A DNA stretch of 64,000 nucleotides from an uncultured virus (IMG/VR IMGVR_UViG_3300044568_006268) (IMGVR_UViG_3300044568_006268:62001-126000), one strand, 5' to 3'. Positions 37,961-48,218 are shown, counted from the first letter of the stretch. The notes: generated from the letters alone by a model not told the origin. Made by a program: numbers and translations.

Positions 37961-39886
37961 TTATTTTAATTTGATTTTCATTTGTGTGCCTATCTCTGGC
38001 AGTTTATTACATTTAATGGTAAAGCCATGTTCACTTAAAATTGCAATACATATATTAAGGCCTAATCCGGTTCCTGATTCTGCTTGTCCTTCTTTCCTTA
38101 CATACGGTTTAGATAGATAATCGAAATCTGCTTGACTTAATCCTCTACCGTTATCTTCAATAAAGAGAGTATCTTCAACTCGATAAATTTTAACAAATTT
38201 ACTATTACTGTCATTGTATTTCAATCCATTACGAATAAGATTATCAATTGATGTACAAAATAAGGCTTCATTAACATCCAATTCTCCTAAGTCTTCTAAA
38301 ATTACTTGAGGTCGATATGCAGTTGCAGAAAGATAATCCTCTAATATAAGCTTAAGATTGCAATTAACTCGATCAAGTACAACATCCTTCTTTACCAAAT
38401 TTGTAAATTCATAAACTCCTTTATAAACTTTTTGAGTGTGTCGCAGACCTTCTTTAATCATCTTAAGAGGTGCTTCAATCTTCAACTCTTTTATTTGTTC
38501 TTCCGTGAGTCTACGTTCTAACGAAGATAAACCTCGAGGCATATATGTGTTAATTCCACTATGCATATCATGTCGAAGAATTTTAGCAGCATGTTCAAGA
38601 TAAGTGTTTTTCTTTTCAATCTCTATCTGCTGATTATAGCTTTGAGTAACATCAGTAGCAATTTTCATTATTCGATAAGGTTTACCATCAATACCAATAA
38701 CCGGATTATAAGTTGCTTGTAGATAAATTAAATTTCCATCTTTTTTCTTTCTGATAATTTCTCCACTAAAGAATTTTCCTGTTCGTAGAGTTTCCCAAAA
38801 TTTTTGATATTCATTTGATTCGACAAATTCATCCTCTACGAATATGCTATGATGTTTACCTACGATTTCTTCGAATTTATCGTATCCCATAGTATTTAAG
38901 AAAAGTGAATTAGCAAATATTATATTACCTCCTAAGTCGAATTCAATAACCGCATTAGATTGATTAATTGCAGTCATTCTATTATGTATTTCGTTCTCTT
39001 TGTTTTTTAATTGAGTAACATCTTGTCGGATAGACATAAATCCTAATATGGTTCCGTCATCGTCGAAATTGCACTTTATAAAAGTATCTACATAATACAA
39101 TGAGCCATTTTTTGCTCGGTTTGTACAGATAGCATTCCAAATTTTCTTTTCTTTGACTACTGTCCTATACATATCAGACCAAAATTCCTTAGGATGTTCA
39201 CCTGAATTTACAACATTATGGTCAAGGCCTATCACTTCATCTATCGTATATCCAGAAATATCACAAAACTTTTGATTTACATATGTTATCTTTCCTTTAG
39301 AATCAGCCATTGAAATGATTGCTGATGTATCGAGAAATTTTTCTAGTTCTATCATTTGACTCGATAACTTTTTAGATTCTTTAACAGAATAAGCAAATGA
39401 ATACAGAGACGAAAGTATTTGAGCAAAATGAATTTCCTCAGTTTTCCATATTCTAGGGGATAGACTTTCAATACAAATAACCCCAATCAACGATCCACTA
39501 TACCAAATTGGTACATCTAACATCGATTTAACACCCAGAGGTTTTAGATAACCTTCAAGAAAACACGATGTGGCAGGATGATTTTCTGCATCATTAGCAA
39601 CAATGATTGGATTTTCTTCCAGTGATAAAAAATATGATTCGAAATCTTTTTTATGTAAAATAATATCTTGATAAAAGGCATCTTCTAATTTTATATAAAG
39701 TTGTTGAAGGATGATAGAATCTCGGTCCTCGTTAAACAACCATATAGATGTTCGATCAGCTGAAACACTATCTACAACTTCCTTAACCACCAATTTAGCT
39801 CCTTCCATAATATTACCTTTATAAAATAATTCATTTGAAGATTGATGTACTAATACCTCAGTTAAAATTTCTGAGTATGATTTCAT
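37961..39886 (-). CDS. GAF-PAS-PAS sensor histidine kinase
   Basis: GAF (LDVPI..G..IGVICIE), two PAS/PAC, H-box LRHDM, N-box NLIRNGLKY, DNGRG, GTGLGL. Confidence 0.93.
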   Translation of the reverse strand: MKSYSEILTEVLVHQSSNELFYKGNIMEGAKLVVKEVVDSVSADRTSIWLFNEDRDSIILQQLYIKLEDAFYQDIILHKKDFESYFLSLEENPIIVANDAENHPATSCFLEGYLKPLGVKSMLDVPIWYSGSLIGVICIESLSPRIWKTEEIHFAQILSSLYSFAYSVKESKKLSSQMIELEKFLDTSAIISMADSKGKITYVNQKFCDISGYTIDEVIGLDHNVVNSGEHPKEFWSDMYRTVVKEKKIWNAICTNRAKNGSLYYVDTFIKCNFDDDGTILGFMSIRQDVTQLKNKENEIHNRMTAINQSNAVIEFDLGGNIIFANSLFLNTMGYDKFEEIVGKHHSIFVEDEFVESNEYQKFWETLRTGKFFSGEIIRKKKDGNLIYLQATYNPVIGIDGKPYRIMKIATDVTQSYNQQIEIEKKNTYLEHAAKILRHDMHSGINTYMPRGLSSLERRLTEEQIKELKIEAPLKMIKEGLRHTQKVYKGVYEFTNLVKKDVVLDRVNCNLKLILEDYLSATAYRPQVILEDLGELDVNEALFCTSIDNLIRNGLKYNDSNSKFVKIYRVEDTLFIEDNGRGLSQADFDYLSKPYVRKEGQAESGTGLGLNICIAILSEHGFTIKCNKLPEIGTQMKIKLK

Positions 39887-39898
39887 ATTTTGATATTT

Positions 39899-40711
39899 TT
39901 ATTTTAGTAGGGAGTAATATTCCTTGAAATGTTTTAGCCTATCAGCTAATCCTATGGTACCACCGTTTACTCTTTTAGTTACTGCAGTAACTGTTGCATC
40001 GTCCGCTCCTTTGTCGCATATGGACCATAGTTTATTTGAATCAAAAAAGAATGCTGCAGAAGCTAATGGATATTTAGTCGCAACTAAATCTGGAGTAGCA
40101 ATACAATCTTCACCGATAAATTTAGTAAAGTTAGTGTAGTTAGATTTTCCTGTTAATTGAATGAAACCTCTTCCTCTGAATTTGAATCCTTCACGAGAAG
40201 CCTCATCACCATTACCCATTCTAGATGCATAAACTCTAGAAGCAATTTTCTCTGGTTGTCTTGCATATAAATCAGACATATTTCCAGGAAAGTACTTTCC
40301 AAATATTTTCTTCAAACCATCTGCCGAGTAATTTACATTTTCAGTAACTGCCTTAAATCCACCTGACTCATGGCCACATTGAGCTAAGAAATGAGCTAAT
40401 CTTAATGGAGTAGTGATGTTGAATTTTTTGGCAGTATCAGGAATTTGAGCAATAACTGAATCTGGTACGTGACCTTTTAATTTGTCTAATTTAAAAGGAG
40501 ATGTAGGAATTGGTGTAGACGATGTAGTAATTGCTTGGATTTTACTCCAAGTAGCATCACCAACAAATCCATCTGCAGTTAATCCATTCTTAGATTGAAA
40601 GTCTTTAACCGCCTTTTCTGTGCCTGGACCGAAGTCACCATCAGCACTCAAACCCAAAGCTTTTTGTAAAGCTATTACGTCTGGACTAGTAGAACCTATT
40701 TTAAGTAGCAT
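39899..40711 (-). CDS. PG-binding plus GH19 (chitinase-like) endolysin
   Basis: ADGDFG..T..AV..FQ; HFLAQ..HESG; RGRG.IQLTG..NY; VNGG..GL.DR. Confidence 0.92.
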   Translation of the reverse strand: MLLKIGSTSPDVIALQKALGLSADGDFGPGTEKAVKDFQSKNGLTADGFVGDATWSKIQAITTSSTPIPTSPFKLDKLKGHVPDSVIAQIPDTAKKFNITTPLRLAHFLAQCGHESGGFKAVTENVNYSADGLKKIFGKYFPGNMSDLYARQPEKIASRVYASRMGNGDEASREGFKFRGRGFIQLTGKSNYTNFTKFIGEDCIATPDLVATKYPLASAAFFFDSNKLWSICDKGADDATVTAVTKRVNGGTIGLADRLKHFKEYYSLLK

Positions 40712-40896
40712 AGATAAATTTATTTTAAATATCTATCTCTTATAGGCAATAAAATCTATTTATACATTAGATTAAATGTCTTTGGTTGGGTCCTTGGCTC
40801 GGCTGGGCTTTGCCTCGGAATAAACTTCTTCAATTTCCTCGAATCCAAGTAATCGTTATATGCATCTTGGATACGGAGAGTTTCGAAATTGAAAAT

Positions 40897-41244
40897 TTAT
40901 TTTAGAAAAATTTGTATTGCCAGAATGACAAACGAAAGAAAAACGCAAAGACCATTTTTGAAGTCTAGGCCTTGTTTGAGGATGAGGAGAGTAAGAATAA
41001 AGAAGATGATTGTTCCAGTGATTGTAGGAATAATTCTCGAAGGCCATATCTGCGAATCAAATCCTTCGTATAAATGACCTACTCCTAGAATGAATAAGTA
41101 AGAAACCGTAGTTCCAAAAACTATTGATATGAGAAGACGATAATCGTTGACTTCAGGCCAGATGAATTGTGAATTAGTTTGAAACCAAATTAAGACTTGG
41201 CCTATTGCACAATATAAAATTCCTATAAGGATATGTTTATTCAT
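40897..41244 (-). CDS. 4-TM membrane protein (SMR/DMT-like)
   Basis: Four hydrophobic helices in 115 aa. Confidence 0.65.
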   Translation of the reverse strand: MNKHILIGILYCAIGQVLIWFQTNSQFIWPEVNDYRLLISIVFGTTVSYLFILGVGHLYEGFDSQIWPSRIIPTITGTIIFFILTLLILKQGLDFKNGLCVFLSFVILAIQIFLK

Positions 41245-41359
41245 CGTTTTCTAAAAGTTTCAATTATAGAGACGATTTCTCCCAATACCACGATTATAAA
41301 TATTGCTATGCAAATAGATACTCCTTGATGATTTTCTATTGAGGTTAATATTTCTTCCA

Positions 41360-41584
41360 TTATTCAGGATTTATGATTTCTACTATTTTCCATCTATCAG
41401 TTTTCTGACAGATTACAATTTGTTTTTGTGCTAAAATTTTACCTAACCAAATTGATTTTTCTTCGTTAGCTAGATAAGTCTTAACTTCTTCTAGAGTTTT
41501 GAATGTCTTATGGGTTTTTAATAACACGGTAAGACCTGAACTATAAGAATCATAAGCGTATAATTTGAATTTAGTTTCTTCCAT
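41360..41584 (-). CDS. hypothetical protein
   Basis: 74 aa ORF. Confidence 0.55.
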   Translation of the reverse strand: MEETKFKLYAYDSYSSGLTVLLKTHKTFKTLEEVKTYLANEEKSIWLGKILAQKQIVICQKTDRWKIVEIINPE

Positions 41585-42285
41585 TACAATTGTTGAGCTT
41601 TACGTTTGATTTCATCTTTTGTTGCTTCTAATTTCTTCAACGATTTTTTGATTTTTTCTAATGCAAAATCATTTGAAATTTCTTTCATCCAAAGTTTATG
41701 AGTTTCTTTGGCCTCTTTCGTGGATTCTTCTAGGAATGAATAAACATTAAGACCCCAATGAGGCGTGAACTTAACGAATTCCATTTTAAACATTGCCGTT
41801 TTGTAAAGACCAAATCTATTTGCATAACGAGGATTTCTTCGAGAATTATAATTTTTATATCGTTGTATTATGATTGATGGTGATTTATTTTCGTAATTTT
41901 CGAGTTCATTTACATATCGTTCTATGAGCTCGTGGGCTAATGAAAAATCTACATACACATCTTTTATTTGTGCATAGATAGGAGATTGTTTATCTTCTGG
42001 TGCTATATAACCAAGCAACATATTAGGTCCACCATCCCAACCATTGTTAGGCTCGAAATTAGAAGAGTATTTATTAAGAATGGTTCGGTCACCCTTTTTG
42101 ATGTGACATTCCTCATTTTCCATTTCTTTACCAACACTAATAATAAATTCTTTAAGCGTACTTTCGTAGAAATTTACATTTTCTTTATGAAGACGATATC
42201 TTTCAGTTTCAATTTCTTGAGCTTTCTTAATTGCCTCAAGTTTTTTGATTCGTCGTTTATCTCGGATGAATTGAAATATACCCAT
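41584..42285 (-). CDS. hypothetical protein
   Basis: 233 aa ORF. Confidence 0.7.
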   Translation of the reverse strand: MGIFQFIRDKRRIKKLEAIKKAQEIETERYRLHKENVNFYESTLKEFIISVGKEMENEECHIKKGDRTILNKYSSNFEPNNGWDGGPNMLLGYIAPEDKQSPIYAQIKDVYVDFSLAHELIERYVNELENYENKSPSIIIQRYKNYNSRRNPRYANRFGLYKTAMFKMEFVKFTPHWGLNVYSFLEESTKEAKETHKLWMKEISNDFALEKIKKSLKKLEATKDEIKRKAQQL

Positions 42286-42578
42286 TATTTTAAAGATTTA
42301 ACTTGTGATTCGATTTCGTTGTACATTGCTTCAACTAATTTGTTTGAACGTTTGTCGTAGTGAATACAAGTAGATGCATGAATTACTGTGGCATGATTAT
42401 CTCTTCCGTGTTGTTTAGCAATGGCAAGTAAATTAAGGCCGGTATTAAATCTTGAAAAGTACATTGACAAATGTCGTGCTTGAACTACGTTAGCTTTCCT
42501 TGAAGGAGAATTGATTTGACTGATTGAGATTCCAGTTACTTGCGAAACGATAGTTTGAATTTGTGGTACTGTTGACAT
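42285..42578 (-). CDS. stand-alone DnaA C-terminal (domain IV) HTH protein
   Basis: I...V.......I.SPSRK..VV.AR...MY.......L..IA...GRDNHATVIHA. Confidence 0.85.
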   Translation of the reverse strand: MSTVPQIQTIVSQVTGISISQINSPSRKANVVQARHLSMYFSRFNTGLNLLAIAKQHGRDNHATVIHASTCIHYDKRSNKLVEAMYNEIESQVKSLK

Positions 42579-42655
42579 AATGTATTTGTTTAAGAATTAT
42601 AAGTAAAACTAATCATTTTTTGCGACATAAAGAAATAAAAACTGTTAAATTAATG

Positions 42656-43030
42656 TTAAAGTTTTTCATAATGATGTTGAGCCCAATATGCAGGACCTCC
42701 ATAATAAGTACAGATTTCTTCACCAATTTCTATATCTCGAATAGCAAAAAAGGTTACGGCTTTATGGTCTCTAGGAAATTTCCAAGATGCATTATTTTTA
42801 TCTGCATGATTGTAGATGCAACCATATCCGAAAGGAATAATGTACTCAAAATCTCGACCGTTCGTAGGTAATATGAACCGATAATCTAAGAGCAAATCAC
42901 CATCCTTAGGAATAATCACATAATGGCATTCCTCAATAATTTCATCTTTAAGGATTTTTTCAGTAGCGAATACACCTAATCCTTTACCTTCGGTATGGTC
43001 GATTTTTATTTTTGTAGGAACTTTAAACAT
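42656..43030 (-). CDS. SET-domain protein
   Basis: GKGLGVFA, YNHA...NA, A.RDI..GEEI...YG. Confidence 0.9.
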   Translation of the reverse strand: MFKVPTKIKIDHTEGKGLGVFATEKILKDEIIEECHYVIIPKDGDLLLDYRFILPTNGRDFEYIIPFGYGCIYNHADKNNASWKFPRDHKAVTFFAIRDIEIGEEICTYYGGPAYWAQHHYEKL

Positions 43031-43198
43031 GTCTTAATTTTATTTGATATTTGTAGGCGAACGTAACGGTTTGACCACGTTCTAAGGCCTTAATAAAATT
43101 TGAATATCTCCATGGTAAAAAAATCATATTGAAATAAACAAAGCAATATTCTAAATTACTTAGTTCTTTATATTTACGGCAACATACACATCTACTCA

Positions 43199-43498
43199 TT
43201 ATATCATCGATTTAATTTGTTCTAAAGCATTTTCTCCTTTAATAGCCGCAATACCATCTCGGATAAATATTGCTCGGTCATAATATTCTCTTTCGGCAAA
43301 CCAAGTTTCCATGTTTTTTAGGATTCTTAATTTTTTTTCTTCGGAGAATTCTACTTGTTTGTTCCAATTTTCTACTCCTGCTTTATATACAATATCATAA
43401 GCAGCAATAACAGAAAGTTCCATGTCAATTTCAAATTGTTCTTTTGCTTTAACAATGTCTAGTGGATCTAGTTCGTCGTTCATAAAATCGTTTTCCAT
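43199..43498 (-). CDS. hypothetical protein with UVR-like motif
   Basis: EYYDRAIFIRD. Confidence 0.6.
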   Translation of the reverse strand: MENDFMNDELDPLDIVKAKEQFEIDMELSVIAAYDIVYKAGVENWNKQVEFSEEKKLRILKNMETWFAEREYYDRAIFIRDGIAAIKGENALEQIKSMI

Positions 43499-43500
43499 AA

Positions 43501-43737
43501 TTATATTTTAGTTTGATTATCTACTAATTGAGCTTTAAAGATTGCTCTTACCATATAGATGGCAGAGAATAAAAATGCAAAGAAACATGCAGATTCGATA
43601 GGATTAAGATATGCAAGATATAAAATTCCAATTGCAAAAATTACAGCTTTTGAAAATGCAAGTCCGCATATGATTGAAATGGATAATATAGCTATCCATG
43701 ATAGAGAATTAATCCAATTCGATATTTTGATTTTCAT
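43501..43737 (-). CDS. membrane protein
   Basis: Hydrophobic 78 aa ORF. Confidence 0.55.
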   Translation of the reverse strand: MKIKISNWINSLSWIAILSISIICGLAFSKAVIFAIGILYLAYLNPIESACFFAFLFSAIYMVRAIFKAQLVDNQTKI

Positions 43738-43809
43738 AATTTGAAGTTTTAATTATAGTGTAAATATAACAAAAAAACTCGATACTAAAAAATATCGAGT
43801 CGAAAGTTA

Positions 43810-44889
43810 TTAACAATTGTACTTAAAGAATTCTGAGAACTTTTCTTTATAGAATTCGATATCCTTAGATAATTTGACATAATCCGAACATTTGTAAATT
43901 TCCTTGATTGCTGATTCATAATCGATAGTTTCTATCAAAGATTTAATTCCATCCATACTCACTACATATTTATCGAACAATTTCGATAATTCCGGATAGT
44001 GTTGAAGTCCTATCTTATATTGAGTTTCTTCATGAATTAAAGGTATCGTTTTCATTGCCAATGCCTCGTAAAAACGAACTGAACTAAAATGATTTTTATC
44101 GTATGATGGAACGATTAAAGTAAACTTAGACTTACATAAGAATTCGTTATAAATTCTATTGTTTACCATGTTGTCTCGCTTTTTAAATTTGTCTTTTACA
44201 AAAACGTTAAATCCTTTGATTGATTGTAGTTCAATAAGCGAATCTGATAAATGAGCTCTATCTTTACTTAATACCGTACAACCAAAGGTAAAATCTTCGG
44301 TCTTTCTTTCAATCGGTAAGTCCTTCTTAAAAATAAATCCATATTCCACGTATGGAAGATATTTTAAGTTAGTTTCTGGCGAATCATAAAAGTAAAAACG
44401 ATTTTTTATTGCATCATATTCATGAGGATCCGATACTATATGCAAAGCCTCAATTCCTTTAATTTCGGTAATGTAATAGTTTGTTAGTATTCCTCTAGTC
44501 GAATGAAAGACAATATTAAATTTGTTTAAGTACTCATCGTCTTCTAAAGAATTTTTGTAATGTAATTCTGATTTTGTATCTCCACCTAATCGATGGTCAC
44601 CCATTATATTTAAGTAAAAAACTAAATATCTATCGATTGAATATTTTTCAATAATAGAATCTATAGAAGCCCAATAGGCTTTCCATGATTTACCCTTTTC
44701 GGTTTTAACAATTGTAATATTTTTAACGTTTGCCACATTAGGAAAACTACGTAAAAATGTACTATCGCTATATCGATTAATAATGTAGTAGTGATTAACT
44801 TCGTCAAGCTCAATAAATTTAATATATGAGTTGAATTTGTTTGCCTCAAATCGAGACAGTGCTTTATCAAAGTTTAGTAATATGTTCAT
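43810..44889 (-). CDS. GT-B glycosyltransferase-like protein
   Basis: Y...L.KSKFTLI.P......S.RFYEAL. Confidence 0.65.
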   Translation of the reverse strand: MNILLNFDKALSRFEANKFNSYIKFIELDEVNHYYIINRYSDSTFLRSFPNVANVKNITIVKTEKGKSWKAYWASIDSIIEKYSIDRYLVFYLNIMGDHRLGGDTKSELHYKNSLEDDEYLNKFNIVFHSTRGILTNYYITEIKGIEALHIVSDPHEYDAIKNRFYFYDSPETNLKYLPYVEYGFIFKKDLPIERKTEDFTFGCTVLSKDRAHLSDSLIELQSIKGFNVFVKDKFKKRDNMVNNRIYNEFLCKSKFTLIVPSYDKNHFSSVRFYEALAMKTIPLIHEETQYKIGLQHYPELSKLFDKYVVSMDGIKSLIETIDYESAIKEIYKCSDYVKLSKDIEFYKEKFSEFFKYNC

Positions 44890-44913
44890 TTACTCTTCTT
44901 TTTTGTTTATATG

Positions 44914-46527
44914 CTAGGATTTAGCAAGAGTTTCTTTCTTTGCTAATGCAATTCCTATTTTCTTTCCTTCTTCAACATCTGAAGGATAATGAACTCCTGA
45001 TAGGATTCTTGAGTTACCTATTTTATCAGCCAATTCACTCAATGAATTAGCTAAATGAGGATATTTGTTTGCTAACATACAAGCCATATAATGAGCACCA
45101 CATGAATGCCCAGAAGGAAACGAATATGTGTTTGATGTAGTTCCACTTAAAGGAACTATGTTATGAGACATATATGGTCTAAGTCTTTGCCAAGCAACTT
45201 TCATGTTATTCACTAATTCAATATTGCCGTCATGCTTCCATAAGTCTTTTAATTCTTTCATTGAAGGTTTTTCTCCTCTGATGGTTAACCATTGATAGAA
45301 AAGTTCAGGTGGCGAATCATTTGCAGCAAGTGCAAATTTTTTATCTTCTTCGGTAGCTCTCTTCATTTCACTCTTAACTAATCCAATTTCATGATTATCT
45401 TCGATTGTAAGATTTCCAGCTGGTGGCATTTTACCTAAGAAGTTATGATGTAAGGTGTTTGAAATTTCTTCTGGCAAAAATGAATAATCAGCACCAACAC
45501 CCGGTGCATCAGTAGCCCATTCTTCGTTTATGCTTTCAAATAGAGGAGTTTCTTCTAATGCAATAAGTAAACCTATTCCATCTTTAGCCATCTTCCAATG
45601 AAATCCCGGTTTTATGTTATCTTTTATCAATTCAACATAAACTCTACCTCTCTTATTTAATTTACCTTCTTCGGTTTCTTCTCCAGGAGAATCAGCACCT
45701 ACAAAATAAACTGTAACTGAAGGATGGAGATTTAGATACTCTTCGATGATAGCTTGGATAGTAGAAAAAACTTTACTAACCTCAGTCATAGAAGATAATC
45801 CATTACCAGCAGATTTTAATTTATCAGATTCAAAGAAACATAAAGTAGATTTTAAAGCTAACGCATTAAACTTAACGATGTAATGGTCGCTTGAACCTGA
45901 AAATTGAACTCTGGAATTACCATGATTACTAGCTATAATAGTCCATGGATATTTAAAATCAGTAAGCTTTCTTTCGTTTAAAGAATTTTTAGTATTTGCC
46001 ATGTAATTCAATCTCATTCCTTTAGGAATGCCTTGATAAACTCCTTCGTTCTTTTTAAGGAATTTATTTTCACAATAATTTACCCATTTAGAGAATATGT
46101 CAATAGGAGTTCGATGGCCATTATTTTCGTAGTTTTGATAGAATGTACCTATTCCGTGTTTTAGGAAATATATGTTACTTTCTTTAGGGACTATGTCATC
46201 GTCGTTTCTACCAAATACTATGGTATTGACTGCACGTTTAGTTCCCATTCTAACTATTGGGTCGAATGATCGACTATGGACTGCCGGATTAAAAAGTAAT
46301 GTAGGTATTCCGGTTAATGTGCCTATGCAATAAGCAAACCAACCACCCATAGAAGAACCTATTAGGAGATCGATTTTATTTTTCTTAACTTCGGCTAAGG
46401 TTTTTTCGAAAAGTCCGTTGTCGTGATAGTCCATTGGTGGATCGTAAACATAATCAAACTTTTCTAAGAATTCGTTTTTGTCAGTTTTAGGTGAGGACTC
46501 AAGTCCATGGAAGAATGCAACTCGCAT
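44914..46527 (-). CDS. YqiA-type esterase fused to PAP2 acid phosphatase
   Basis: FHG..S, GSSMGG, NPA; K...R.RP, SFPSGH, SR..SGVHYPSDV. Confidence 0.85.
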   Translation of the reverse strand: MRVAFFHGLESSPKTDKNEFLEKFDYVYDPPMDYHDNGLFEKTLAEVKKNKIDLLIGSSMGGWFAYCIGTLTGIPTLLFNPAVHSRSFDPIVRMGTKRAVNTIVFGRNDDDIVPKESNIYFLKHGIGTFYQNYENNGHRTPIDIFSKWVNYCENKFLKKNEGVYQGIPKGMRLNYMANTKNSLNERKLTDFKYPWTIIASNHGNSRVQFSGSSDHYIVKFNALALKSTLCFFESDKLKSAGNGLSSMTEVSKVFSTIQAIIEEYLNLHPSVTVYFVGADSPGEETEEGKLNKRGRVYVELIKDNIKPGFHWKMAKDGIGLLIALEETPLFESINEEWATDAPGVGADYSFLPEEISNTLHHNFLGKMPPAGNLTIEDNHEIGLVKSEMKRATEEDKKFALAANDSPPELFYQWLTIRGEKPSMKELKDLWKHDGNIELVNNMKVAWQRLRPYMSHNIVPLSGTTSNTYSFPSGHSCGAHYMACMLANKYPHLANSLSELADKIGNSRILSGVHYPSDVEEGKKIGIALAKKETLAKS

Positions 46528-46603
46528 AAGTGGTATTTATTTATAGTACAAATATAATCATTTTCCTATTCAATAGGAAATTAAATTGAATTAATTATTA
46601 ACA

Positions 46604-47197
46604 TTATGCTCTTGGTCGTCCTAACATAATTTTGTCGTGAGCTCCACCAGCAATATTTCTAGTGTACCAACCATCACCAGAAGCATCTGGCATAGTACCA
46701 ATCCATTGAACTTGTTTACCTAAAACTTTAGTAACTACATCAATATCAGTTACTACTGGCACATCATATTTGTTGATTAAGATTTCCGCGATTTTACCAG
46801 AAACTTCGATATAGAATCCCATCTTTTTAAGGTCGACTCCTCTAGCTTCAATGTAAGCACGTTTAGCATCTTTGGTTCCGTCATGTCCTACTCCTGAGAA
46901 TTTAACTCCAAATTTAGTTCTTTGACCAAACATTACCATATCAAAATCTCTGGTTCCGTGAATATCTTCACCTTCCCAATAATTCCAATCTGGATCTGCA
47001 AACACATCTTCAGGAGATTTTATTTTAATGTGACCTCCAATTTCGGCATATGCCGTTTGTATCAAATCGAAAAATTCTCCAGCTAATTCTGGATATTTCT
47101 TATGATTGAATAGTAAAGCCTTTCCTCTTGGTGGTTTTAAATCACCAGAAGAAGTTATTTCGTTTACGTACTCTTCGTATTTTTTAAATGTTGTCAT
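46604..47197 (-). CDS. tagged protein, MTTFKKYEEYVNE
   Basis: Shared N-terminal tag; distant paralogue of 47194..47751. Confidence 0.75.
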   Translation of the reverse strand: MTTFKKYEEYVNEITSSGDLKPPRGKALLFNHKKYPELAGEFFDLIQTAYAEIGGHIKIKSPEDVFADPDWNYWEGEDIHGTRDFDMVMFGQRTKFGVKFSGVGHDGTKDAKRAYIEARGVDLKKMGFYIEVSGKIAEILINKYDVPVVTDIDVVTKVLGKQVQWIGTMPDASGDGWYTRNIAGGAHDKIMLGRPRA

Positions 47198-47751
47198 TTT
47201 AATTTACCGTATATTCGTTTTGTAATTCGTTTTCCTGCTTTTGAAAGAAATCTAGAGTAATATCCGTCTTCTTCCATTTGTGGTTGTTTATGCTTACCTA
47301 CAATATTTTGAATTACTTCAAAATCATCTACTACTGGAACTTTAGAATCCACTAAGATTTCTTCCATTCTTTTCGATGCTTCGATAAACCAACCTTTAGT
47401 ATTTACTAAGTCAATAACTTTCGTTATCAATTCTCGTTTAGCACCTTTCTTTTCGTTAGTACCTAATAGAGCAATCTTGTTTCCATAAGCAGTTTCCTTA
47501 TAAATAATGAATGCATCTGGTTTGTGATCGGAATCTACGTCTTTTAGATAAGTAGCTTTATATTTCGTCTTTAATTCATGAGCATCATCAGCAGAAAAAT
47601 CTAGACCTTCTTTAGAATATGTATCGGTGTACATTTTCCAAATTAAGTCTTCTGCCTCTTTATCTAATTTAGACATATCAATATTAACCCACTTACCAGT
47701 AGGAATCGACATTTCACTTACAAATTCGTTATATTTTTTAAATTGTGTCAT
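47194..47751 (-). CDS. tagged protein, MTQFKKYNEFVSE
   Basis: Shared N-terminal tag. Confidence 0.75.
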   Translation of the reverse strand: MTQFKKYNEFVSEMSIPTGKWVNIDMSKLDKEAEDLIWKMYTDTYSKEGLDFSADDAHELKTKYKATYLKDVDSDHKPDAFIIYKETAYGNKIALLGTNEKKGAKRELITKVIDLVNTKGWFIEASKRMEEILVDSKVPVVDDFEVIQNIVGKHKQPQMEEDGYYSRFLSKAGKRITKRIYGKLK

Positions 47752-48218
47752 TTTATTAGTTTTACCGATTTTTTAGGTTCAATTACAACTACATTAGTTG
47801 TACGTATATATTTGTTTCCTTTTACTGGATGACTTCCGGCATCCATAATATTTTGAAAGACTATTCCATCAAAACCTTTATCTATAGCTGCTCTAACAAA
47901 ATGGTCAGTCTTTATAGATTTAATTTCAGGATTTGGTTTGTATCTATCGAAATCTTCGGGTTTCATTCCTAATTTTTTAGCTTCGGCTTTTGCAGCTATC
48001 TCAGGTAACCACCAACCTTCAGCTGAACTAAAATCTAAAGTAACAAATTTCTTAAGGATGATTTGATATGGTCCAGTAACCTTTCCGTAAGATTGTGCTA
48101 TTAATAAACTATCAGTAAAATATATTGGTTTGTTAAAATCTACATCTCCACCATGATACATCAAATCAAATTTTTCTGATTCGTTTAAGAACTCGTCATA
48201 TTTTTTAAATGTCGTCAT
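47748..48218 (-). CDS. tagged protein, ADP-ribosyltransferase-like
   Basis: MYHGG, IYFTD....A.SYG, GFDGIVF. Confidence 0.6.
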   Translation of the reverse strand: MTTFKKYDEFLNESEKFDLMYHGGDVDFNKPIYFTDSLLIAQSYGKVTGPYQIILKKFVTLDFSSAEGWWLPEIAAKAEAKKLGMKPEDFDRYKPNPEIKSIKTDHFVRAAIDKGFDGIVFQNIMDAGSHPVKGNKYIRTTNVVVIEPKKSVKLIK

